Shown here in pieces: positions 20,571-29,634 of a DNA stretch of 64,000 nt. This stretch comes from Eubacteriales bacterium (GTDB lineage: Bacteria; Bacillota; Clostridia; Oscillospirales; Feifaniaceae). The DNA lies in NCBI GenBank assembly GCA_031549485.1, contig JAVBPR010000013.1:1007-65006 (forward strand), written 5' to 3'. Numbering within the stretch: the stretch's first letter is position 1; the number at the start of each line of letters is the position of its first letter. The notes under the pieces were generated by a model. The model saw only the letters and a program-made list of their open reading frames with translations, was not told the DNA's origin and did no database searches. The position numbers were made by a program, and so were the translations under genes.

Positions 20571-21718
20571 AAGTTTTGATTTTATCATGTAACACAGGCG
20601 GCGGCCACAATTCCGCCGGAAATGCTATAAGAGGGGAGCTGCAAACAAGAGGCCACTCGGTTGAAATGCGCGACAGCCTTGAGTTTGCAGGTGCGGAAAT
20701 ATCGAAAAAGCTATGCGCTGCGTATGTTTCGATGACAACTAAAGCGCCGCATGTTTTCGAATTTCTTTATAAAGCCGGCTGCCTGATAAGCACAAAAAAA
20801 CTCAAATCGCCGGTTTACGGACTAAATACATTATATAAAAATAAGATTTTTGATTATGTAGTTTCAAATGGATTTGAAATGGTTGTCATGCCGCATATTT
20901 TCCCTGCTCAAACCCTTACTTCTCTAAGGAAAAAACTCGGCGGAGTAAAAACGCTTGGCATAGCGACCGATTATACCCTTAGCCCTTTTTGGGAGGAGAC
21001 CGAGCTTGACGCTTATATCGTTCCGCATAGGGATATAAAAGAAGATTACATAAAAAAAGGCGTTCCCGCCGAAAAGGTTTTTCCGCTTGGGATACCCGTT
21101 TCTACCGCCTTTTCTATGCGCAACAACAAACTTGAAATGCGAAAAAAACTCGGGCTTTCGGAAAACAAAAAAATCGTTTTGATAATGACGGGAAGTATGG
21201 GATTCGGCAACGCCGGAAAACTGACCGACCTTTTATATAAAAAATATGGGGATAAAATCGATATAATAGTTTTAGGCGGAAGCAACGAAAAACTGAAAAA
21301 TTCTATTCGCCTGCGGCATGCGGGACACAGCAACGTTATAGTAAAGGATTTCACCGATAAGGTCAGTTTTTATATGGATGCTTGCGATGTCGTGCTTACA
21401 AAACCGGGCGGCCTTTCGAGCACCGAGGCGGCGGCAAAGCGGGTGCCCCTTATCCTGACAAAGCCGATTCCGGGTTGTGAAACGCTTAATTCGAGATTTT
21501 ATAAAAAATACGGCCTTGCCGAAATCGCCGGAAATGTTGCAAAAGAGCTTGAAAAAGTCTCGCTCCTGCTCGGGGACGAAAGCGCGGTCAAAAAAATGGA
21601 AGAAAATCAGAGAAACGAGATAAATGCTTTTGCGGCATCTGATATTTGCGACCTGATTGAAAATATGTATATGAAAAAGGAAAGTGTGGTTATAGGAAAT
21701 TCCGGCTGGCTGTTTTAG
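20567..21718 (+). CDS. MGDG-synthase-family glycosyltransferase (diacylglycerol glycosyltransferase-like)
   Basis: 383 aa. It has the N-terminal MKVLILSCNTGGGHNSAG motif and a C-terminal GT-B half (TKPGGLSSTEA). ATGA overlap with the upstream gene. Confidence 0.8.
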   Translation: MKVLILSCNTGGGHNSAGNAIRGELQTRGHSVEMRDSLEFAGAEISKKLCAAYVSMTTKAPHVFEFLYKAGCLISTKKLKSPVYGLNTLYKNKIFDYVVSNGFEMVVMPHIFPAQTLTSLRKKLGGVKTLGIATDYTLSPFWEETELDAYIVPHRDIKEDYIKKGVPAEKVFPLGIPVSTAFSMRNNKLEMRKKLGLSENKKIVLIMTGSMGFGNAGKLTDLLYKKYGDKIDIIVLGGSNEKLKNSIRLRHAGHSNVIVKDFTDKVSFYMDACDVVLTKPGGLSSTEAAAKRVPLILTKPIPGCETLNSRFYKKYGLAEIAGNVAKELEKVSLLLGDESAVKKMEENQRNEINAFAASDICDLIENMYMKKESVVIGNSGWLF

Positions 21719-21723
21719 GAGGC

Positions 21724-22338
21724 ATGATGAACTATTTTTTGTTTATTCTCTTCGGTTTGCTTTCGGGCTCGATAATGTTCGGAAGAATTTTTTCGGCGAA
21801 ACTCGGCGTTGACATTGTTTCTGAAAGCGACGATCATAATCCCGGCACCGCGAATGTTTATAAAATACTCGGGTTTAAGTATGCGGCATCTTGCCTTGTG
21901 TGCGACATATTAAAAGGTTTTATCCCGGTATTTTTCGCTTCAAAACTTCTTGACACCGAAAATCTTTTTTTCTCGGCTGTCATCGTTTCCCCGATTGTCG
22001 GAAGCGCGTTTTCGATATTTTTGAAGTTTCACGGGGCAAAATCAATCGCGGTGGCGTATGGTACTCTTATCGGAATTTCGGATATAACTATTTTGCCGTT
22101 TTGCCTTATGGTGCTATGTGTTTTGTTTTTTGCCGCGGTTGTTGTTGTCGAGCCGAATTCGCTTAAGATAATTTTAAGTTCGATTATATTTGCAGCCGCT
22201 TGCGGAATTAATATCGAAACTGTAAGCATTAAATTTGCATGTTTCATTATCTCGGGAATTTTGATATTCACCCATATCAGGGGATATAACAAAAAACCAT
22301 TCAAAATAAGTTTATTTGGAATAAGAAAAGCCGCTTAA
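21724..22338 (+). CDS. plsY: Glycerol-3-phosphate acyltransferase PlsY
   Basis: 204-aa polytopic ORF. GS..FG..HNPGTANVYK..D.LKGFIPV is the PlsY family pattern. Confidence 0.85.
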   Translation: MMNYFLFILFGLLSGSIMFGRIFSAKLGVDIVSESDDHNPGTANVYKILGFKYAASCLVCDILKGFIPVFFASKLLDTENLFFSAVIVSPIVGSAFSIFLKFHGAKSIAVAYGTLIGISDITILPFCLMVLCVLFFAAVVVVEPNSLKIILSSIIFAAACGINIETVSIKFACFIISGILIFTHIRGYNKKPFKISLFGIRKAA

Positions 22339-22351
22339 AAAGCGGCTTTTC
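22325..22351. terminator. Bidirectional terminator (plsY / sigK)
   Basis: GAAAAGCCGCTtaaaaAGCGGCTTTTC. The plsY stop codon lies in the loop. Confidence 0.8.
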
Positions 22352-22361
22352 TTTATGTAGT

Positions 22362-23042
22362 TTATTTGAAAGCGCTTTTGAGCTTTTGCAGAGCTTTTTT
22401 TTCGATTCGCGACACGTAGGAGCGGGAGATATTTAAAAGAATTGCCGCTTCGCGCTGGGCAAGCGGCTTGTTTCCGCTTAAACCATATCGCATAACAATG
22501 ATTTTTCGCTCTCGCTCGGTCAGAACGAGATCGATGTATTCGTAAAGTTTTTCAACCTTGATTTTAAACTCCACGTCGTCGATAAGGCAATCGTCACAGC
22601 TCAAAATATCGATAAGCGAAAGGCTGTTGCCGTCTTTGTCCGAGTCAATTTCTTTATTAAGCGAAACATCACCGGAGTTCTTTTTGATATTTCTAAAGTG
22701 CATCAAAATCTCATTTTCTATGCATTTTGAGGCATATGTGGCAAGTTTTACGCCTTTGTTATAGTCAAAGCTGTTTATCGCCTTAATAAGCCCGATCGTG
22801 CCTATAGAAATCAAATCCTCGTGGTCGTTTGCGCCGTAATATTTTTTGATAATATGGGCGACAAGACGAAGATTTCGCTCTATAAGTATATTTTTCGCAT
22901 ATTTGTCGCCGTTTGCGGCAAGAGCGAGATATTTTGCCTCTTCCTCTTTCGAAAGCGGCTTTGGGAAGCTGCCAGTTCCCGAAATATAGAGCAAAAGAAA
23001 AAGAATATTAAGAAGGGAAAAACCGGTCAAAGCAAGCAACAT
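22362..23042 (-). CDS. sigK: Sporulation sigma factor SigK (pro-sigma-K), uninterrupted
   Basis: FPKPLSKEEEAKYL..GD..AKNILIERNLRLVAHIIKKY..EDLISIGTIGLIKAI..KLATYASKCIENEILMHFR..DVSL..DKDGNSLSLIDIL closely parallels SigK. A hydrophobic N-terminal pro-sequence is present. The start was trimmed to the ATG 7 nt after GGAG. Confidence 0.9.
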   Translation of the reverse strand: MLLALTGFSLLNILFLLLYISGTGSFPKPLSKEEEAKYLALAANGDKYAKNILIERNLRLVAHIIKKYYGANDHEDLISIGTIGLIKAINSFDYNKGVKLATYASKCIENEILMHFRNIKKNSGDVSLNKEIDSDKDGNSLSLIDILSCDDCLIDDVEFKIKVEKLYEYIDLVLTERERKIIVMRYGLSGNKPLAQREAAILLNISRSYVSRIEKKALQKLKSAFK

Positions 23043-23148
23043 ATATAGCTCCGAACTGATAAAATCAGCCGCCGCGTTTGAAGGCTTCGGCGCAGCCAAA
23101 ATAAAAGATATATTGACAATATATGCGCTTCTTATTAATTATTTGACT

Positions 23149-23502
23149 TTAACTGATATAATCTTCGACAAGTTTTATCATATTGTCGGCGCCCTTGATT
23201 TTTATTCCGTCGATAAGTTTCTGCCGCGCGTCTTTAGGCAGCGTTGAAATATCAATAGGTTCGCGGATAACTTCTGTGCCGTCCTGTATTGTTACGACAA
23301 GCGAAAAATCATTATAAAAAATCCGAAATTCTTTTTCTGCCACCTGATTTTCGATATAATCGACGACATCCTCTTTGGGAGCGGAGGCGGTATGCTCGGG
23401 CTCGGGAGCCGGCTGGTCGTTTTGGTGTACGGGCGGATTAAAGCCGATTAAGGCCGAAAAAACAACGGCAAAAACGGCTGTAACTATTATTTTTGTTCGC
23501 AT
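23149..23502 (-). CDS. Small membrane-anchored or secreted protein of unknown function
   Basis: 117 aa. It has an N-terminal hydrophobic segment and a P/E-rich linker. The C-terminal pattern I.ISTLP......L.DGI.I.......L.EDY.S is reminiscent of BofC-type sporulation domains (weak, by eye). Confidence 0.6.
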   Translation of the reverse strand: MRTKIIVTAVFAVVFSALIGFNPPVHQNDQPAPEPEHTASAPKEDVVDYIENQVAEKEFRIFYNDFSLVVTIQDGTEVIREPIDISTLPKDARQKLIDGIKIKGADNMIKLVEDYIS

Positions 23503-23607
23503 ATTTGCCCCCTTTACAGGGCTATTGTTTACAAATTTATCATAAAAATACGTTTAAATTCGCAAATTGCTGTGCTATAATGACATAATAATGGCATCAA
23601 GCAGGAG

Positions 23608-26208
23608 GTGATATCCCTGGAAAGAAATATGAAGCATGTCAGAACAAAGCAAAAAGTGGCAAAAACGCCGAGAACGCGCAAATCCGCGGCATCTAAGCCT
23701 CCGCGGAAACGAAGCGGCACGGCGCGCTATATCCTTTCGGCTTTGCTTATCATTTTATTTATATTTTTGTTTACAGCCGGTGCGATAATTTTTCATATTT
23801 TTGTTCTGCTTGACAATAACGTGGACGATTTTCTCGAGAGCATTATGATGAACCAGTCAAGCGTTCTTTATTATAAGGATACTAAAGGGCAATGGCTTGA
23901 GCAGGAAAAGCTGTTTTCGGGAAGTGACCGAATATGGGTACCGCTTTCGGAGATTCCCAAAAGTGTACAAGACGCGGCGATTGCTATTGAAGACAAACGA
24001 TTTATGAGCCATGCCGGTGTAGACTTAAGAAGGACATTCGGCGCGGTTATTTCGCTTTTTACCGGTGAGACAAATTACGGCGGATCGACAATCACGCAGC
24101 AGGTTATAAAAAACGTGACGCAGGATGATGCCGTCAGCATGAGGCGCAAGGTTCAGGAAATCGCAAGGGCGCTTGAACTTGAGCGCAATTATTCAAAAGA
24201 TCAAATTCTTGAGATGTATCTCAACACGATGTATTTAAGCCAAAACTGCAACGGTATTCAAGCTGCTTCAAAAACTTTTTTTGGGAAAGATGCCAGCGAA
24301 CTTTCGCTTGCGGAATCGGCATCGCTTGTCGGAATCACCCAGTTCCCGGGAAGATATGATCCGTTCATTCACCCCGATCATAATAAAAACAAACAGGAAC
24401 TGATTCTCAAAGAAATGTGCAATCAAGGCCTCATTTCCGAGGAGGAAAGAGACGCGGCGATTGCCGAAGAGCTTGTATTTAATAAAGAAGCGGTAATCGC
24501 GGAGCGCAAATCGGTGCAAAGCTATTACACCGACCAGGTTATCGAGGATATTATCGCGGATTTATATACCCAATACGGTTATAACCGCAAAATTGCCAGT
24601 TCGCTTATTTATTCGGGCGGTCTGAAGATTTACACGGCGATGGATAAGAGCGTGCAGGACGCGATGGATTCGGTATTTGCGAACAATCCGAACTTCCCGA
24701 CCGTAGTCGGCTCTAAGCAGCCTGAGGCCGCTATGGTTATCGTCGATCCGAACACCGGCGCGCTGCTCGCGCTTTACGGCGGGCGCGGCGAAAAAACAGG
24801 CGCGCGCTTGCTAAACCGCGCGACACAGTCAAAAAGATCGCCGGGTTCTTCGATTAAACCGATCGCCGTATACGCGCCCGGCCTTGAATATAAAGTTATC
24901 ACTGCCGCAAGCGTTTTTGACGATATTCCTTTTGATATCGAGAAGAAATATCCGAAAAACTATACAAAAACTTATTCGGGCCTTATGACGGTCAAAGAAG
25001 CTGTCGAAGTTTCTAATAACGCCGTCGCGGTCAGAGCGCTTGACGCGCTGGGATTTGAAAAATCCTATAAATTCCTTACTGAAAATTTAGGCGTTACTTC
25101 GATTGTAAAACGTACAACTTCCAAAACAGGCAAAATCCTATCCGACCTTGGGTATGGACCACTTGCGCTCGGAGGACTTACAAACGGCATATCGGTCAGA
25201 GAAATAACTGCGGCGTATGTTCCGTTTTCCAACGGAGGACTCTATTATAAGCCGTATACTTACACCTCGGTTGTCGACAGCAAGGGAAACGTGCTTCTTG
25301 AAAATTCACCTCAGCCAACCGTCGCAATGCGCGAGGAAACTTCATATTTGATGAATAGCTTGCTCTTAAACGCGGTTGAAAACGGGACAGGTTCTCCGGC
25401 GAAAATCCCGAATCAAAATGTCGCGGGTAAAACGGGAACGACATCGGACGACTACGACAGATGGTTTGTAGGCTATACGCCTTATTATGTCGGCGGCGTC
25501 TGGTACGGATTTGACACCAACAAAACGATAGTGACAACCAAAAGCACCAATCCCGCGCTTTCGCTTTGGCGTCAGGTCATGGTAAAGATTCATCAAGGCA
25601 AAGATAAAGCGGATTTCCCGGTTGCAAAGAAAATCGTTACCGAGGAAGTATGCTTGGACAGCGGCCTGCTTCCGGGACCCGGTTGCAAAAAAGATTTGCG
25701 CGGCAACAGGGTAAAAGAGGCGATTTTTGAGGAGGGTACGGTTCCCACCGAAAAATGTGACATTCATGTTCCGGTTAAGATATGCAGCTCGTCAAGGCAG
25801 GTTGCCGGAAGGTATTGCCCAAGCACATACACAGCATATATGATAAATGTTAAACGCGAATTCCCGTACACTCTCGCTGTAGCGGACGCGCAGTACACAT
25901 ACATCCCGAGCAAGTCGATAAGCCTTGTTCCGGGAACGACATATCCGGTATATAAACCGCTTCTTGCATCGGGTATGACGGCGGGGTACACGGCGAATAT
26001 CGGTTATCCCGCAAACGCATGTTGTCATTATCATACCGGATATAAGCCGCCCCCTGATGACGACGACGATGACGAAAAACCGTCAGACGGCGGTAATAAC
26101 GGCGGAACGCCGGACGGCAATAATGGCAATAACGGTGGTAACGGCGGAACGCCGGACGGTACCGGAGGCCAAACAAACGATCCGGGAATACCGGTTTCAG
26201 GACAATAA
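23608..26208 (+). CDS. Class A penicillin-binding protein (glycosyltransferase + transpeptidase) with a Cys-rich and low-complexity C-terminus
   Basis: 866 aa. GT51 motifs are present (EDKRF, GGSTITQQ, RKVQE). Transpeptidase SxxK (SPGSSIKP) and KTGT motifs are present. GTG 23608 or ATG 23629 could be the start. Confidence 0.93.
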   Translation: MISLERNMKHVRTKQKVAKTPRTRKSAASKPPRKRSGTARYILSALLIILFIFLFTAGAIIFHIFVLLDNNVDDFLESIMMNQSSVLYYKDTKGQWLEQEKLFSGSDRIWVPLSEIPKSVQDAAIAIEDKRFMSHAGVDLRRTFGAVISLFTGETNYGGSTITQQVIKNVTQDDAVSMRRKVQEIARALELERNYSKDQILEMYLNTMYLSQNCNGIQAASKTFFGKDASELSLAESASLVGITQFPGRYDPFIHPDHNKNKQELILKEMCNQGLISEEERDAAIAEELVFNKEAVIAERKSVQSYYTDQVIEDIIADLYTQYGYNRKIASSLIYSGGLKIYTAMDKSVQDAMDSVFANNPNFPTVVGSKQPEAAMVIVDPNTGALLALYGGRGEKTGARLLNRATQSKRSPGSSIKPIAVYAPGLEYKVITAASVFDDIPFDIEKKYPKNYTKTYSGLMTVKEAVEVSNNAVAVRALDALGFEKSYKFLTENLGVTSIVKRTTSKTGKILSDLGYGPLALGGLTNGISVREITAAYVPFSNGGLYYKPYTYTSVVDSKGNVLLENSPQPTVAMREETSYLMNSLLLNAVENGTGSPAKIPNQNVAGKTGTTSDDYDRWFVGYTPYYVGGVWYGFDTNKTIVTTKSTNPALSLWRQVMVKIHQGKDKADFPVAKKIVTEEVCLDSGLLPGPGCKKDLRGNRVKEAIFEEGTVPTEKCDIHVPVKICSSSRQVAGRYCPSTYTAYMINVKREFPYTLAVADAQYTYIPSKSISLVPGTTYPVYKPLLASGMTAGYTANIGYPANACCHYHTGYKPPPDDDDDDEKPSDGGNNGGTPDGNNGNNGGNGGTPDGTGGQTNDPGIPVSGQ

Positions 26209-26220
26209 CTCTATTTTCAG

Positions 26221-26253
26221 TTCCCCGAAAGGCTTGCCTTTCGGGGAATTTTT
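26221..26253 (+). terminator. Rho-independent terminator after the PBP gene
   Basis: TTCCCCGAAAGGcttgCCTTTCGGGGAA followed by TTTTT. Confidence 0.85.
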
Positions 26254-26327
26254 GTAACCTCAAAGACGCTTTCGGCATAGATTATAATAGGCATTTTTGC
26301 CGATGAATAATCAAAAGGAAGTAAAAA

Positions 26328-26513
26328 ATGAGAAAAATTTGCTGGTTCAATATTTTTGTGTTCATTATCGCGATATTATTGGCACTTGTCATAGGAGTAA
26401 TTGTAGGCGCTTTTTTTGCCGCCGCCGTAATGTCAGGGCTCTTTGTAATTGCTTTGATAGCCGTAATTCTAATCGTGGTTTTGATATTTATAATTTCGTA
26501 TCGGTGTTCCTAA
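26328..26513 (+). CDS. Small hydrophobic (two-TM) protein
   Basis: 61 aa, almost entirely hydrophobic. RBS AAGGAAG lies 7 nt upstream. The gene is bracketed by terminators. Confidence 0.55.
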   Translation: MRKICWFNIFVFIIAILLALVIGVIVGAFFAAAVMSGLFVIALIAVILIVVLIFIISYRCS

Positions 26514-26519
26514 CACACA

Positions 26520-26550
26520 AAAAAGCTTCGGCATTTGCCGAAGCTTTTTT
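26520..26550. terminator. Bidirectional terminator
   Basis: AAAAAGCTTCGGCatttGCCGAAGCTTTTT. Confidence 0.85.
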
Positions 26551-26564
26551 ATTTAACGTTTATA

Positions 26565-27488
26565 TTACCACAAACGGATTTGTTGCGGGTTTTCGAATAT
26601 TTCGTCAAGTCTTTCCATAAAGGGGACAAGCGATATGAAATCCATCGCGCGGTGGTCGAAAGCAAGGCAGATGGGCAAGATTTTTCTGATGCCGATTTCT
26701 TTTTCACCACTTTCGCCGATAAAAACACTCGGTTTTTCCTGTATCGCGCCGATTCCGGCGACAAACACCTGCGGCGGAACGATTTCGAGCAGCGAAAAAT
26801 GTCCTTTTAAACCTTTGTGTAGCGAGCCGATATTTGAAACGGTAACGCTTGCGCTCAAAATATCCTTTTCGGTCAGCCTTTCCTCCGGCGTAATATCGTA
26901 GTATTCTTGCTTTGCCTTGCCCGAAAGACCTTTTATAGGATGCCGCGAAAGCTTTGCCGCTAAAACCCGCCGCAGCGCAAAAATTCGCCCTTTTTTCAGA
27001 TCTTCGATTGTATGAGTCATCGCTGTTTTGTATAGGAGCTCATTTATATTTGTATTTTTAAGCCTCTTTGAAATGTCGTTTACCTTATCTGAAATTTCGA
27101 GAAGCGACATATCATTTACATCGCAAATTGACGGGGTTATGATTTTGCCGTCCTCTAAAAGCCAGGGTATGGAAATATTAATTTGCCGGTTTGCGGTTAT
27201 TTTGCCGGTGACACTTCCGGCGCTGTATTCAATAGAGGAGTTTAAAATAGGCGCGGCTTTAATCCCTTCGGCGATAATTTTTAACATCAGGGTGTTAAAA
27301 GTTATTTTTTGTCCGCGCGACGCAAAAGCCTCGCTCAACGCGCGAAATTCAGCAAGTAAATCGGTTATGTCAGGTTCATAGATATATGAAACGTGCGGAA
27401 CCTCCCGCCATGATTTTGAGGTCATGTGGGAAACGACTTTTCGCGGCAAATCAAGTGCTCGGATATCTAATTCTTTGCTTTTCGGCAT
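26565..27488 (-). CDS. 2-oxoacid dehydrogenase E2-type acyltransferase, catalytic domain only
   Basis: 307 aa. The C-terminal LAFDHRAMDF matches the E2 catalytic DHRxxDG region (His retained, Gly replaced by Phe). No lipoyl or subunit-binding domain is present. RBS GGGAGA. Confidence 0.7.
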   Translation of the reverse strand: MPKSKELDIRALDLPRKVVSHMTSKSWREVPHVSYIYEPDITDLLAEFRALSEAFASRGQKITFNTLMLKIIAEGIKAAPILNSSIEYSAGSVTGKITANRQINISIPWLLEDGKIITPSICDVNDMSLLEISDKVNDISKRLKNTNINELLYKTAMTHTIEDLKKGRIFALRRVLAAKLSRHPIKGLSGKAKQEYYDITPEERLTEKDILSASVTVSNIGSLHKGLKGHFSLLEIVPPQVFVAGIGAIQEKPSVFIGESGEKEIGIRKILPICLAFDHRAMDFISLVPFMERLDEIFENPQQIRLW

Positions 27489-27516
27489 ACGAATTCTCCC
27501 TTAAAAATTATTGATT

Positions 27517-28608
27517 CTACTTTTTTACAGTATTATTTGTGCGAATTTTCGATTGCAGCAAAGTTTTTAAATAATTCCAAAGCAGTAAAGATAATATTGT
27601 AACAGGGTAGACAACAAGGATTCTGATTAAGTAGCTCGGACCGATAGAAAGATTTGTGGAAGTGACCAGAAAATCATCTAAAATGAATATGATCAAACAA
27701 TGCGAAAGGTAAATTCCAAAACTAACCTTGTCAATGCTTTTTATTATTTTTGAAAATCTAAATTTGCCGCTTGATTCTTTTTCGCGGAAAGACAAAGCAA
27801 GCATATAGAAAAAGCAAATTGCACTGATGCAATATAGCAAATGAACGCTGTCCAAATAGGGAACGCTGTGTTTTCCGCTAAAAGCTAAATAACTTAAAAT
27901 AGCATCAAAAACAGATGAAAAAAGAAATGCCAAAGTTATAAAAATGCGATTATTATTAAGTGCTTTCTTGAATTTTTCGTAGAATAAACCTGCGTAGCAG
28001 CCCGCAACCCAGTAAACTAAATATGTAGTAAAAACTCTGTCATTATATTGAAAATTAAAATCACGGAAAAAGAGTTTGATAATATCGGGTAAATTCTGCC
28101 CCAAAACAACTGTTAAAACAAGTGAAAAAACAATTAAAAGAGTACTGTTTGTACGCTTTACTAAATTTATCCATAGCGGAGTTAATATATAAAATTGGAT
28201 TATGATAATTATAAAATAAAAATGACCGACCAAATCACCGGTCAATGTATATTTAAAGAAATCCGCCCAGTTAAAGGCAAAAAAATCATGCGAGCAAAAA
28301 TAAATATAATAAATAAACACCCATGCGACGTAAGGCAAAACGATGTGCAAAAATCGGCCTTTGAAAAACTTTCTGTAATTTATTTTTTCGGATTTATTTA
28401 AAAATAATTTTAAACCGCTTAAGAATATAAATCCTTGCACAACGAATGCCGAAAGACGCCACGGTATTAAAACGACTAAATACTGCCAACTATTTTTATC
28501 GAGACCGGAAATAGGAGGAGAAGAAACATGGATAAAGATAACAATCATGCAAAAAAGCACATTAAGTAAAGATATTTCAAAAAATCTCGACTTGCCTTTA
28601 CCTTCCAT
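27517..28608 (-). CDS. Acyltransferase family 3 integral membrane protein (O-acyltransferase)
   Basis: 363 aa with about 10 hydrophobic segments. The N-terminal pattern (FEISLLNVLFCMIVIFIHV) is typical of Acyl_transf_3. The gene is visibly AT-rich. Confidence 0.75.
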   Translation of the reverse strand: MEGKGKSRFFEISLLNVLFCMIVIFIHVSSPPISGLDKNSWQYLVVLIPWRLSAFVVQGFIFLSGLKLFLNKSEKINYRKFFKGRFLHIVLPYVAWVFIYYIYFCSHDFFAFNWADFFKYTLTGDLVGHFYFIIIIIQFYILTPLWINLVKRTNSTLLIVFSLVLTVVLGQNLPDIIKLFFRDFNFQYNDRVFTTYLVYWVAGCYAGLFYEKFKKALNNNRIFITLAFLFSSVFDAILSYLAFSGKHSVPYLDSVHLLYCISAICFFYMLALSFREKESSGKFRFSKIIKSIDKVSFGIYLSHCLIIFILDDFLVTSTNLSIGPSYLIRILVVYPVTILSLLLWNYLKTLLQSKIRTNNTVKK

Positions 28609-28713
28609 AGTTACCTCAATCCTAACTCAAATATATTACCTTTTATTTATCAGCATTATAACATGCGTAAATACAAAATGTCACACTTTCTGAGTGCGAC
28701 ATTTTGTATTATT

Positions 28714-29634
28714 TTATTCCATGTTTTTTATAGGGGCCATTTCGATATAACCTCGCCATCCCATCGGGGAAAGCTGCATTCGCGGGGCGAGTTCCGGAGC
28801 GTAGACAAATCCGTATATTTCGGGGTTGAATTTTTTGATACGCTCCATGCATAAGCCGACAGCTTCCTCGAAATTATTGTCGTCATACGGCTCCCCTTGG
28901 AACACAAGAAGTTTACATGGCTCCAAATTTATTATTTCGAATCCTTCCGGTATCGGTCCGGAATAATCGGCAGGAACCTCAACTCCGTGCGCGTAGATTC
29001 CTGTTCCTTCTGGCTGCATATTTTTTGGCAGCCATAGGCCTACGGGCTCGTAAAGTGCCTCTTTGATGTTGCAAAGAATATCCCACGGCTCTGAATTGCC
29101 GGAATCGCCGCAACCCACTTCGTCGCAGTATTCAAAATAATCGTTTGCGTTTTTGCTTCGGCGCAGAATCAGTTTCCGCGCCGGGCGGTCGATAATTTGC
29201 GTAAAAATTACCGATGTTTTCATGTCCATATTTGATACCTCCGGTTTTGATTTGTGGCGGTCAAAATAGTGATATGGAATTTGCCATCCTTCGGACTTTG
29301 GATAATTTGCATACTTTTTCGGGGTAATCCCAAATGCATTTGAAAATGCCCTTGTAAATCCTTCGTGGCTGTCAAAAACAAAATCAAGCGCAATATCAAG
29401 CACTTTTGGCCTGCCGCCTCGCAGTGCATGAGCGGACCTAACCAGCCGCAGGCGATGGATATATTCAAACGGAGACACGCCGGTTTCCTCTTTGAATAAC
29501 CGCGCCGCGTGATATTGAGAATAGCCCGCCGCCCTTGCAATATCAATTGAAGTTATTTTTTCCTGCAGGTGTGTATGGATATATTCTTTCATTTCCGCCA
29601 CCGCCGAAAAATTTTGCTTTTCGTTTCCTATCAC
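28714..29634 (-). CDS. AraC-family transcriptional regulator with a GyrI-like effector-binding domain
   Basis: It has an N-terminal HTH (IDIARAAGYSQYHAARLFKEETGVSPFEYIHRLRL) and a C-terminal GyrI-like half. The GTG start was chosen because GGAGG lies 7 nt upstream (track ORF extends to 29688). Confidence 0.8.
   Translation of the reverse strand: MIGNEKQNFSAVAEMKEYIHTHLQEKITSIDIARAAGYSQYHAARLFKEETGVSPFEYIHRLRLVRSAHALRGGRPKVLDIALDFVFDSHEGFTRAFSNAFGITPKKYANYPKSEGWQIPYHYFDRHKSKPEVSNMDMKTSVIFTQIIDRPARKLILRRSKNANDYFEYCDEVGCGDSGNSEPWDILCNIKEALYEPVGLWLPKNMQPEGTGIYAHGVEVPADYSGPIPEGFEIINLEPCKLLVFQGEPYDDNNFEEAVGLCMERIKKFNPEIYGFVYAPELAPRMQLSPMGWRGYIEMAPIKNME

Noticed and set aside
22362-23099. Possible skin-like intervening element or split sigK
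   Set aside because: All sigma regions 2-4 are contiguous in one frame, so no interruption exists. The extra 19 N-terminal codons in the track ORF are replaced by an ATG with a GGAG RBS.
26297-26620. 107-aa ORF overlapping the 61-aa hydrophobic ORF in another frame
   Set aside because: It runs through the strong bidirectional terminator at 26520-26550 and into the convergent E2-like gene. It has no RBS. The 61-aa frame has an RBS and a coherent TM profile.
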